The notes under the pieces are model-generated. The model was not told where the DNA came from and did no database searches. It saw only the letters and a list, made by a program, of their open reading frames with translations. Position numbers and translations under genes: made by a program. This document shows positions 38,430 through 51,100 of a stretch of 64,000 bases of DNA, in pieces (position 1 is the first letter of the stretch; each line of letters starts with the position of its first letter). The stretch lies in the NCBI GenBank assembly GCA_017499595.2, contig CM038999.1:2666001-2730000 (forward strand), given 5' to 3'. Origin of the DNA: Psilocybe cubensis (Eukaryota).

Positions 38430-38609
38430 GCTTGCCTAGAGACTGGATCCAGTGAGGGGACGTGAGGGCCCCTCAGGATGCAAGGGCAGGTCGAGGAAGG
38501 CTTTTTCATGAGCTCATGGAGCTCTTTAGGTAGACCAGTAGCACAAAGCCAAAGGAGGGGTCCTCCCCTTAGAGGCGTTAACACAAGAAGAAAAAAAAGC
38601 TTGCCTAGA
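38430..38609 (+). mobile_element. 5'-truncated non-LTR retrotransposon (LINE/SINE) 3' end with A-rich tail and 11-bp target-site duplication
   Basis: GCTTGCCTAGA at 38430-38440 and 38599-38609 flanks a 158-bp GC-richer insert ending in AAGAAGAAAAAAAA, inside AT-rich intergenic DNA. Confidence 0.75.
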
Positions 38610-39567
38610 AGGAAAATATGAGCTTACAGTGCACTGTATATCTTTCTTACGGCAAATCCATAACTGAAAGATACTTTGGTTAGAAATCAATCTCTACACA
38701 CTACCGAATGACTTACAGGGTGACGACATCAATAGTCGCCACAATACAATCAGAATTGAGCGATACTGTTGCCCTCTGTTACATTCTCACACTGGAGATG
38801 TTATCTCGTTTAATTAAACAGGATTCTGAAAAGCTTCTTGGGAATAAATTCGGCCTTAGATATATCCTCATGACACCAAACTGGATCGAGGCTTCGCCTC
38901 TTTAGATTTAATTGGTTTTGGCATGGCCTCAAAAACCTCGGCCATGGAACTTACAGAAGGCTGAAAGAACAGATACATTTATTTTCAGAAAAAGAAGATT
39001 TTGTATGAATGTCCGACACATTGAAATCGGAAGTTATAAACGTTTAGAGTCAGACATGCGACTTTGGGGACACCTGTTTGAATGAGTTGAAGTTTGAAAT
39101 ACTAAAGTTGCTGTTGCTGCTGCAAATTTTCGCAAATAGTCATCTACTCTATTATGAATATGCCGGTAGGTGTCTTGCCAGTTTGAGAGGCAACTTCCAT
39201 AAACAAATCTAAATTTAGAACTTATTAATAGCGCCCATAGCGAACGTTAACATTGGTAGAAGTACGACCTAACCCTGAGTAAGCCCAGAGTAGACATATA
39301 TTTATCGCCTTCAGTGATGCACCCAGTGATCGGTTCGATCTTTTAAGTCGCTTAAGTGACTAACAATTCATCTCAAAAATAAAGTTTGATACCGTACAAG
39401 TTTAACATACAACACAACGATACACTAGCAGTAAGATATACAGTAATTATAACATGAATCTAATGAAGACGTGATTAATTCATAATAGGCAGCATATTCC
39501 TTTGGTGCAATAATAATAAATAAGAATGTGACGGACTCGACAAAAAATTTTAAGAACTAATGTCAGT

Positions 39568-42226
39568 TTACTGCAAAGATTCGAAAAGATTAACAATGAC
39601 GGATTGCATCTTTCCATCACGAATAGCCTGAAGGGCAGGGTGAGTTGAACACGTTCAAATGAGCGCAACATCTCAACATACCTCGTGGATAAGGGACACG
39701 TTTTGGCCCACTGTGACATCTTCGACACCTGGGCCTTGTTCGAAACGATGGTAGTTCTCTGACCCGTGCATTCTGATGCCCAATGTAATTCGCACAAATT
39801 CGTAAACCGGGCGGGTGTTGTTGAGGTATGGACTGGCTGGTGCAGGGCCTCTGGCGCCAGAAAGGTAGTCATTTCGCAGACCATCCAACAACGTGAAAAG
39901 TCGTTCGGCCACTCGTGAGCGGAACGACGGTATGGCAGTAAGGCAGGACGTAACCACGTTCTCATTAATAAATGATGAACCGGTGAAAAAATCTAGGAGC
40001 GCGGTCGATGATGATGCGGCAACCTTGTGCATTCTTTCCCTCGCATCCATGGTACTGGTAGAATTGAATGTGTCTTGCATGACAGTGAAAAGGGTCCGTT
40101 TGATCTTCATGGAATGTTCGATAGGGATATCAGAGCCGAAAGACGCTGAGAATTCTTCTTCTGAAATCTTCGCAAGCCCTTCATAGAATTCATGTTGCAA
40201 GCTCCTCAGATCCAGAGCTATGTTTGAGACGTCAATATGATATATCTAACGGGATTATTCCGATTACCAACCTTGGCAAATAGCATATAAGTAGGACGAA
40301 ATCAAGATGGAAAGAATATCCAAAGAAGTGATGGTTGCACGTGCGGAGATCAGAGCCAGAGAACTTGGAGGTAATTTAGAATAAGGGTCAGTGATGGTAA
40401 AATTAGACACCTACTTGACAGCTTGATTGTGCATCTCAGCGGATTGGATGTGCGTAGATACAGGGTTCGCTAAGTACCCAAGTTCGGCGACGTAGGCTGC
40501 GGAGGCGATGTCGATACCTTTACAGTGATAGTCGAGAGAAGGATCTGTCGCAGCCAGAGACGGAGGTAAACCTCTGTTCTGAGCTGGATTCATGAGTTCG
40601 GCGCATTGGGCGAACAAAATCTTGCCGAGGTGATGAATGCTGAGACGAGTTTTTTCCATAGCGTTGGTGACAGCCATCGCCTGGAAATTGCCACCGTTGT
40701 GAACGACGCCCTCTTCCCCATCAATGAGAGGATTGTCGGTTGCTGAGAAATAAAAGTCAGCTATACGCAATGTCACCTGACAATAAGTACATACTTGAAT
40801 TACACTCAATTGTTAATGTCTTGAGTGATTGGATAAGGTCTTCCACTTGAGGACCAATGAATTGTGGTGCCGTGCGAAGAGAGTAACGATCTTGACGAAG
40901 AACCCCCTCATCTTCCGCTATAGTAACCTCTTTTTTCTCTGTATCTGCAAAGGTACTCCCGTCTAAGAGATTCCAGATATTTCTAGCGGTCTCAATCTAC
41001 AGAAATTTGTATCAGTTTGAATGAAATATGAAAATGAAATATCATACCTGGCCAGGATGAGGCCGAGCAACACAGTTGATGAAAGCATCAAAAGATCCCC
41101 GCGTTCCAGCCAGGGCTTCTGTACCCATCGCGGTGCATACTTGGGAGAGAAGTGTGAGATGTATAGCTTCATTTAGAGCCAAAGAGGCGACAGATGCAGA
41201 AAATGCTGTTCCGTTTAAAATGCCAAGGTGCTCTTTAGAGGCTAGAGGTATAGGCGTGATGTCATGGGCTTCCAGAGCTTTACTAGAAGAGACAATTTCA
41301 CGTCCAGAGAAAGCAGCCGGTCCATCGAAAACTCTGATGGATGGGTTTCCTATAAGGGCACCAGCAATGTAGGACAAAGCAGTAAGGTCTAGATAGGGAT
41401 TCAGTTAGAAGCATCGGAAAACAACTTGATACAGTACCGACCTCCCGACGCGGATATGGTACCCCGCAAGGGAACCAAGGGGGTGATATTTTCCCGCAGA
41501 AGTTCATTCATCTTCTCGATGAGTTCCCATCGTACGCCAGAATGTCCCCGAATAAGCGAGTTCATACGAATAAGTATTGCGCCTCGCACCCAAGCCTCAG
41601 GCATGCTGCTGGACCCGAGAGGATCTTGAAGGGGGAGTACATTAAGAGTTTTTGTCGACGATGGAAGAACTCCACTTTGCTGATGCTGAAGGAGGGCATT
41701 GCCAAGAAGGATAGGTTGGTCTGTACGAGTATCGGCGCTTCCTCCGAAGCCTGTCGACACGCCGTATACGCTCAAGCCTGCGTCGATTTTGTTGACGATG
41801 ACTTTGCGGCTTTTAGCAACCTTAGCCTTCAACGCGGGGGATTCGTCAAGAGAAACAGTCGAGTTGTATCGTGCAGCGGCAGTGACTGCAGCTATTGTAA
41901 GATTTTGGCCATCTACTACGACTGGCTTGCCATTCCTAGAGGGTGAGGTCAGCCTATGGAAAGAACTGAAGTCTGAGATCAACTGACTTGTATGCTTCAA
42001 GCTCCTTGAAAGATTGAATAAACTCTTCAACCAGAGCTGTGGGTTGGGGTCTCCGCTGCACAAACTTTGAAAAGTTCCTGGGTGGAATTGAACGCGGGGA
42101 AATTGGAGAGTTGGGCTCTTCAGCTTTTATCCTAACAACGCTCTCGCGTGAAAGGAATTCGGCTGCGGTAGACAGCCTTCGAGGAGCGATTCTAGTTTCA
42201 GAGGAAGAGTTGGAAATTACTGTCAT
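39568..42226 (-). CDS. PAL: Phenylalanine (tyrosine) ammonia-lyase
   Basis: [18 protein letters not shown]-forming ISASGD (split by an intron), [30 protein letters not shown] and HNQAVN. Confidence 0.96.
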
Positions 42227-42330
42227 GATAGTAGATGTAGTTGCAAGGTCAACAGGCAAGCTCTAGGGATTAAATAAGAGGACAGTTGGTGAGGGAGAAG
42301 GAATTGTTGAAGCATCGCTTTCGCCAGGGG

Positions 42331-42338
42331 TATATATA
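42331..42338 (-). promoter_or_regulatory. TATA box of PAL
   Basis: CCTATATATACC about 105 nt upstream of the PAL ATG, followed by a pyrimidine-rich tract. Confidence 0.5.
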
Positions 42339-43949
42339 GGAAAGTGGTGGTACAAGATATTATTGTCAAAAGCGTAGATAGATCCGAAGTGGACATGCGA
42401 GTGGAGGTTGATTGAGGAGAAAGATTGAAATCCGAGGATTCGAGACCTGGGAAATCCAAGATCAAGAGTTTCAAGTCTACATTTGGGCAACGGGCCAGAG
42501 TTAATGTCCTCCCTTTGCCTTTCCGATCATATCTTCTGTCATCCAAGATATTATTATTTCTCTCCAATGCGTCCTCGATATCTGGCAAAATGTCTTCTTC
42601 ATCATCGTGATTCAAATCTCCTATCAGGTTCTGCAGAGTCCATCCAACGCCGACATATACTATGGTCGACTTACAGTTGAACAAAACTCCATCTGTTTTA
42701 TTGATGGCATCTTCGCTTGGCAGAGTTGCCCATGAATGCCCTCTGGCGGTGCTAAATCTACGGGTTTGATACTTATTTAACGCCGAACACAGCCGGGATT
42801 TACATATGTGTGTGTGCGTTGTAAAGATGAAGAATAACGTTTGGCATACTGAGTTATCGATTCCGCTATCAACGCGTCCACATACAATGACCTATGTATA
42901 ACCATCATCATGGCGGTAGATTCGTGCACTAAGTTAAGACTCAAGGGGCTCATACCTTTCAAATCGAACCTAAAGCCAATTGGCGTCTCCATTCACTCAA
43001 CACACGAAGGGACTGGCTGCATCTTTTTTTAGTTAGCTCGACTGGTTACTGGCTATACCTTTGGCAGACTGACACCAGATGGACCAGATACACTGAATAA
43101 GGCTACTCACAATCAGTAAAGTACAAATGATGCATCCCGCAATTGAAGGACTCCTATATTATCGTATATTGGAATAATACAGGGTGATAGTTGCGATTTT
43201 AGGCAACACAACTGTATCTAAGCTGGCCCACGTCCAGTGTGAATTTTCAGTGATTCAGATAATGTCCGCAAGGCTTGATGTCGCTTGTATCCGTAGCAAA
43301 CGGATTCGACCATCTTGAACATCGGAAAGTTAACTATCCGTTGATCATTACCTACGAACTCACTACAATTTCAAGTCACCGCTGTTTCTTTATCTACAAA
43401 AGGTGAACGCGTTCCTGAATCTTTGAGGCGTGATTGGGGGCGTTGTGCCTCACCATGGCATGGGGAAGCTGAGGGATCCATGTACAGCCTTCTTTTCCCG
43501 TTGTGTACTCTCCGGTAAATTTGTCGATGCTGGAAAACACGCTAGAAGCAGTGGCAATTTCTAGCGTCGTAGAGTTATTCAGAGTATTGAGATAATGATT
43601 CCCGAAATAATAAATTGGTCGGACATCGATAAGCATTGCACTCATGTAGTGACCTTGATCAGGTTCAAAGCATATTTAGTCTAAAAGATTCAACAGATTG
43701 CGTCAGTAACTGACAATTTGGCGAAGCATGAGAGAGGTATCAAAAATTGCAAAACAGATAGCGTGGAGCGAGAATAGCCCAAAGAAACGAAATCAAGCAC
43801 GATGCAGTTTGAGGTTTGGCACGAGGCCGCTAACATTCCGTCGATTACATAACAATATGGTCAGGCTTGTGACTTGTGGCTGTGAGATTTTTGTTCTCTT
43901 GTCCCTCCTCTTTCGTTTAGAGGAACTACGTCCGTCAATCGTCGCTAAA

Positions 43950-44826
43950 ATGGTTCAGGTCAACCTCATTCGACCCCAGGATCCATATTTAAACATACTT
44001 TTTCATCTAGGGCAGGGCAAAACAGACACGGAAGTTCGCAACGGTTAAGCGGATGCTAAATCCCAATGACATCCGACTGTGAGTAACACCTTGCATTGCT
44101 TTACTCTACGACAAACTTCTAAGAGGGCTTATTCTTCATTAGTAAAGAAAATCAGCTGAAGCAGAAAAAGAAGGAGGAAGAAGAAAAGGCGAAGGCCGTT
44201 CGACGAGTGTACGTCTATATCGCTACTTCCAATATTGCCGATGGATGCTCACTTTATTGCAGACCGCAGGTTGCCTCATCCCTATTTTTCCAACATAATA
44301 CAGCGCTTGTCCCTCCTTATCGAGTTTTGATTGATACCAACTTCATCAACTTCAGTTTGCAAAATAAACTTGAGCTTATTAGCGGCATGATGGATTGTCT
44401 GTACGCCAAATGTAAGCATACCTACCAGAACGATGCCTTACAAATGGAGAAAACTAATTTAACTCAACTTTAGGCATACCTTGTGTTACAGACTGCGTCA
44501 TGGCAGAGTTAGAAAAGCTGGGTCACCGATATCGTGTCGCTCTCCGGTATGCCAACAAGTCATTTTTATTATTCTCACTAATCATCCAATGCATCTACAG
44601 AGTAGCCCGAGATCCTAGATTCGAACGTCTTCGGTGTTCGCATACGGGCACTTATGCTGATGATTGTCTTGTACAGCGCGTGACTGCCCACAAATGCTTC
44701 ATTGTCGCGACTTGTGATAGGGAACTTCGTCGCCGAATTCGACAAATACCGGGTGTGCCACTGATGTATATCGTGAAGAAACGGTACGCAATCGAACGAT
44801 TGCCTGACCAGGGCGCTCCGAGTTAG
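43950..44826 (+). CDS. FCF1: rRNA-processing PIN-domain nuclease Fcf1/Utp24
   Basis: [62 protein letters not shown]. Confidence 0.95.
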
Positions 44827-46261
44827 ATCACTCTCCCCATTGAGATGACTTTCCAGTCTTCTTGTATCGTTCGAGCTTCCACCCTCTTTGTATTTTTACT
44901 CGTAGGCAAGGGAAATATTTTGCGTACATTTCTGTTCGGCACGCTGATGTCTTCTTTTAGGTAGACCGCCCAATGTATTAGTTTCATGGCAAAGCCTAAC
45001 ACAGATATTACATTTTCTGCTACAAGCTAATTACTACCTGGTTAGTGGTAAAAGGGTATCTTAACACTATTTCTCAAGCGGGGTCATTTACTACCATTTT
45101 ATCTGGTGCGTGCGTATCCACAACCTTATCCAATTCCAGTAATGCAGTGGCGACGGCACTTTGTCAAAGACCCATACTATCAACCTGTTATTTGCACATC
45201 TATACCAATGTCAACCACCTTCGCCGTGTCGAGTTATGGCGTCGATAGTGCTTCAATTTACTGGTATTTGCACCAATCTTTCTAGTTTATATATTCGATT
45301 CAGAGTTCGATATCCTGTGAAGCAGAATAATCACTATGTTGAGCTTTTTGCCAACGGGATCGCTTCTAGGCGTTTAGTTAGCTAGCTCCTACAACCTCAC
45401 TTATCAAAGTTTTGTTTGACAAGACAATCTCTACCCCGGCGTAGTTTTGAATGAAACCCGAGGATTCATTGTACACGAACAACCTGCCTTGTAGCTGTCA
45501 AAAATATCACTATAAAGTATACGATGGGCGGAAAACTTGTGCCTATCGATCGACAACTGCGTTCGTCCCACAAGATTTTTCTTTTTGAAAAGAGGAGTTA
45601 TAATGGTCCTTGATTAGTTCCTAGTAGAGTGAAATCATCGTATCTAGGTAATATAGATAGTTCCTCATTCCGACTTCAATCTGCACGACATTTAGATGTA
45701 ATGACTGACCAGGATATCCCGGCCAAACTTTTTCTTCCAGCCACCAATGTGTTATTACATGCTTATGCATGGATTTGTATGTGAAACCATCACTATACCT
45801 TGGCTGACAGAAACCCTAGGATTCCATGTCAAAATGCTCACGTTTCCAGGCATTGCCTTGATTCATTGATGACAATGGAGTTGAATCAGCCTCTGACTCA
45901 TACTTCAAATTTTGAAAGCTGTGTCTGCTTGCCACAACCCCGCTCGGTCCCGTGTCACACAAATATAAAGGTAATATTTATTCTTGAGCGTTAATGAAGT
46001 CCACAGTCTTGAAATTTAGCGCTGGGGCGCATATGTCAGAGGTTGAGTTGGATTCTTTAGTGTCAATTTAAGGCGAGCCCCGCTGTGTGCCAAGCGACCA
46101 GCTGACATCATTGGTGGTTCGCGTGACGTGTTTTAAATTTAATTGCCTGGAAAACGCGTCAATAAAGCCAAATAACACGACCAGTGGGCGCGGTCTTTTA
46201 AATCCCATGTTCAAATTCAAATCACACTTTCGAACACAATACAACCCTTAAGAAATTAAGA

Positions 46262-48057
46262 ATGTCCAATGAAGACTTTCCTCAGGAGGAGTACAAGTAC
46301 TCTTGGAATCCCAGCTCTTCAATGCTTCTGCAGGATTTTCTGACCAAGGTAAGCTTGCGAATGCTTATTCGTTTAGTATAAGCCTTCGAAGTAGTGCCAG
46401 CGGATCCGAATGCTCAGCCCCGTTTACACTAGTTTAAGCCCTCTATGGTTCAGAATGATGGCTCGAAACCAGTAAGTCCAGGATACCTGCCACACCTGCC
46501 AGTTAATGGGTAGCAGAGCTCACGCCATATTAGTGGATTTGGGTCCGGGGATCTGAAAACCCCAAATCGTCCCAGGATTACGCTGAAGCATATGCGGAGG
46601 CGTCCGAACTTCGTACTATTCCAATACTATTGTAATGAAGCTGCCTAGGCTGACATTAAATAGTTAAAAAGGTCACCGAAAAGGTGGAGAGCATCAAGGT
46701 ATCTATGACCTTCGAGGTAGTCATGCTACGATTATCAGTCTGACACATTAACAATTTAGAATGACGAATCTATTCCAACACGATCTAACAAGAAAACTGG
46801 CGCCAAAAGTAAAAAGGAAGTGAGAGAGCAGGTAAGTGCTAATTCATAATTAAATCATACTATTCCATTAATCTACCTTCCCTTTCAAGGTGCAAGCAGA
46901 GGCAACAGAGCAATTGAAGGAAATAGCTATAAAGCATGGTTATGTTTGTGGGAAATGGTAATGAATGGTATCGTGTTCAAAATAATAGGTTATATCTCAT
47001 TTTATCCAGGCTTATTTTTGCAGCCGCCGATAAAGTAGACCAAATTTGGTCGGCAATAGCAAGTGCGTCTATATCGTAGGCCTTCTTAAAGTGTTGAGCT
47101 TAATCTCATTCGTGTCTGTAGAGTCACTTGTGTCTGGACCCTTGCATGCAACGCCCGCATACTTAGCAAAGGTTTCAACTTCCCCCCAACATGAGACGCC
47201 TAATGCACAACATCTCATTTGCGTTTATCTTCCTGACGTCTACGACAAAGCCAGTGTGACCGAGGTATCCTGTAATTTTACTCATATATACTAGGGGTAC
47301 TGAAGTTTGGGAAGGTTATGAAGCTTTTACTGAGAAATCACGGCGTCAACCTGAGTGGGGTCAAATCAGATCTTTATACACATATCGGTATGTTGTGATC
47401 GAAGCTCGATAATTTGCAACTAACTTTGTCCAGGTATTGACAGTAAACATCCTAGTGGGGTACCATCGACGGTCTGTTAATACCGCCATCTTTACGATTT
47501 CTTTCTAAAAGCGGGTCCGATGAATAGGTGTGGAAAAATACGTCAATTCTTACAGAGGATGAAGCAAAGGTTAAACCGATGGCGTTTCACTATCTTGAGA
47601 TTATACTCATTTTGGAGGATTTTAGGATTTGAAAAACGCATTCTTTGCGGAACTTAATGCCAGCAAATCCCTCCCCAAATCTGAAGCTGCAAAAGCGACA
47701 ATAGTTAATGCTTCTGACTGCAATGACGAAAATACCCAGAGCAAAGACGAAGTCAAACCGAAACCGAAACCCAAACCCAAGTTGAAAAGGAAAATGGATG
47801 ACCCGTTTGCTTCTGAGGAGGAGGAGGACGGGACCACGAAGATAGTTGTTGGAGAAACTAAAAGTAAAACCAAGGCTAAGCCCAAACTGAAGAGCAAAGC
47901 GGCCGAAGATCCTTTCGCCACGGACGACGAGGATAATAAGATCGAACAAAAAATTAAGAGGCCTGCAAAACTCGGAACGAAACGTAGCCAGTCTCCACAC
48001 GGAAGTGACGAGGGAGCTACAAATCCAAAGAAGAAAAAGGTCTCCAAAAGTGATTGA
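46262..48057 (+). CDS. DUF1917 / Bles03 (C11orf68)-like protein with Lys/Asp-rich tail
   Basis: Spliced motifs FL.KFKPS, WIWV, GKWLIF, AKVST, HLICVYLPD and KSDLYTHIGI; C-terminal KPKPKPK low-complexity region. Confidence 0.78.
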
Positions 48058-48153
48058 TACTGTATGATAAGTAATGTTAAAACCACATTGCGAGGGCAGT
48101 GCCAAATAATTGGTCATATTCTAGTATACGAGTATGAATATATTTTACAATAA

Positions 48154-51100
48154 TTACGAACGCTCGGTTGTTGGTATATCAACGGAGGCAGACTGGGATT
48201 CAGTATCAGCGGGATTTGTCGCATCTGATTTTAACTTTTTCACTTCACGTTCCTCATCTTGTACACCTGTAGGAAGGACTTCGCTGACTCTGCTTCGCTT
48301 AACTCCCCGGGCAGGTTTACGACGTTTTCTAGAAGAGACGATCTCTCCATCTGATTCCTCTGGCTCATCTTCAGCGGGTTCATAATTGAGGTCGACCCTT
48401 TTGCTTCTTCTGCTTTTCAAGGTTCGGTTCTTTGATTGCGACTCTGGCGCACCAACCTCACTGGATTCGTCTGGAGAGGACCTTGTCCGTTTGGCAGCAG
48501 GCTCCTCTTCATCGCTGTGATCGGCTTTGGAAGAAGGCGCGGAGCGACGGAGATAATTCGAGTCGAGCGAAGGAGTTGAAGAAAAGGATGAACGAGATAC
48601 AGAATGGCGTTTCGATAAAGGAACAATGATACCTGGTCCGGAATAACCACCAGGAGACCCTGCCTGACTAGATCCCTCTCCGGGAGCCCTGACCATTGCT
48701 GCCTTTTCCGACGCTGTTTTGTTCAGAAGAGGCTTTTTCCAAGTCACAACCTCTCCAGGATGGGGCAGATAGAACACCTCTTGTTCACGAAGAATGTCTA
48801 GTCCAACCAACTGTCTGATAATGCCAATGAGATCCAAACTAAATCCCAGGTTTTCAATATCTTTGAGCATGTTACGACTATCATCCACTGTAGCGTCTCC
48901 ATGATCAACGATCTCTTCTTCTTCCATGAGTTCCCTGTCATTGAGAGAACATCCAGGAACAAGGAAATTGATGCGAGTACCGCCTTCTTCTCTAGGAAGA
49001 CTGATTCTGTGGTAACGACAATGAGATCGAGTAACAGGTGTTGAAAAATTAGATCGTAAAGGCGTAGTTGTGGTTTTTGTAGGTGAATCTGCTTTCGCAC
49101 TTGATGTTTCCGTCTTGACGGAAATGCTTGTTTTTGCCGTGTCAGGTGTCTCGGATTTCACAGCAGGCACATCAAGGTTGACTGGCGGGAGAGGTGGCGA
49201 AATTGCAGTTGGGGTAGGTGTGGAGATTGTTGGAGATTGAACATCAGGCATAGTTGACGAAGAAGGTAAACGGGATGGTTGGGGCCTTTTAGGCTGAGAT
49301 CGTGGAGAGGAAGAATGAAGTGCTGCAAGAGCCAATGTCTTCTTTTTTTGCCCGTGAGCATGGAATAGTGTGTCCAGATTAACGACAGGTGCTGGATAAA
49401 AAATATTAGGTTTAGTAGCGGTAGGTGAAGGTTGATTAATCAGTGATCTGCTTTCTTGAACAATTGATGATACAGAGGACGAGCGGGAATTTGGCTGTAG
49501 CAGTTTATACGTTGCACTCGCACCAGAGCTAATTTGGCTTTCTTGGATTGAAACTACAGATGCTGCTCGATTTGGTTCACGGTTTTTGGCGCTTTGCCTG
49601 GGTTTGACGACGATCGTTTCCTCGTTGTTTGGTTCGGGCATAACCACCTTGATTGCATGACCTTTTCCTTTGCGATCGGGCTTGGGACCTTTCCTTCCTT
49701 TCGCTTTCTGCGGTCTTGGTGAGGCTCCCGACTTCTGTAAAGGTTCTGGAGAGATTGTCCTCTTTCTCTTGGTTATCGAACCTTCCGTGACAAATGCAGA
49801 TGACAGTGATGTAAGGCTAGTATCTTGGCCAATGTTTGTAAGTTGCCTATTTATTTGTTGTTCGAGAAGAGTTTCTGGTTCCGGAGGATACTGGAATGCA
49901 ACCTCTGCTCCGTCATCTAGAACGCCAAAACACCGTCATTAAATGTAAACGTAATAGGCTCAATGTTTTCAATACCTTCATTCAAGTGATACGTGGAAGG
50001 GCCTGGTGTAGAAAGACAGTAAGGATAAGGATCCGCCATCAAAATAGGGTCAGTAGCTTTTCGCGCCAACGTCATCTTCATTGAAACAGAGGGAGCACGG
50101 TGGGGAATGGACGAAGGGGTCGCTGCCTCACTGACAATATCAGAAGGCGCTGGGCTTGATGCTTCGTCTGCCGGGGCCCCGGCATCGCTGGACACTGAAG
50201 GAGCTGTCGCGGGTTCCTGTTGTAGTGTTGGAGAAATAGTGAAAATGGAGGATTCGATATTTTGGCCACCAACGGAGATGTTCTTGGGATAAGCTATTGT
50301 GTGGTTTGTTGAGTTGAGGATGTCTGCATCAACTGCGGTGACAACCTTAGCGTCTGATGCAAATTCGTCGTTAATCGCTGTACGAGTTGTCATCGAAGTC
50401 GCTTCCGAATGTTGACTAAAATCGACATTAGGATGCAAAGAGTTGGGGACACTTGGGTCGGTGAGAGTAGGGATAGAAGATAGTTGACTAGACTGGACAC
50501 CAGATTCTGATGTAGAAATTGCAGTAGTGTTTTCGACGTGCAAAGTTGGTACTTCGGCGACTGGTGACGTTCCTTCTGAACCAACGCTATTTGCTTCAAC
50601 GTCATTGTGGCCATCTATATCTTCCTGAGAAGCAATGCTGACAACATCGATGTTCATTCCGAAATCTGTAGGCTCCTATGATAGTACTTAGCATGAAGGA
50701 TAAAACTGTAGATAAATGTAAAAGAGTACGAACCACAGACAAACGACCTTCCGTCTTCGCTTCATCTACGATGAAGATCTCTTTGCTGATCGATTTTCCT
50801 TCGCTCATCGTAGACTGAACGTCAATGTCATCAAGACCATATCCATCGTCAACCTCGCCATCGGCGTCGACATCAGCACCCAAAGGAGTCGCGTTGTTTC
50901 CTTGCGAAAGTGGAACGCTTGATATGCTCTCTTTACTCATTTCAGCGGTTCCCTCAGTCTGAAGGGGTTCGAAAACTTTGCGGGAAGATAAACTAGGAAT
51001 AAAGTCATGAGAGCTTTCAATTTCTACCTGATCATCAACAGGTATACTTTCTCCCTCTATCTCTGAAAATTGCGCCAAAGGTTGCGTGTCAGGAAAATCC

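Noticed and set aside
35896-42226. Secondary-metabolite cluster around PAL and the FAD oxidase
   Set aside because: No PKS, NRPS, CoA ligase, P450 or transporter nearby; the flanking genes are housekeeping (CPA2, FCF1).
44900-46100. Possible gene relic or lncRNA between FCF1 and the DUF1917 gene
   Set aside because: Only scattered splice-like signals and short stop-interrupted frames; no coherent model.
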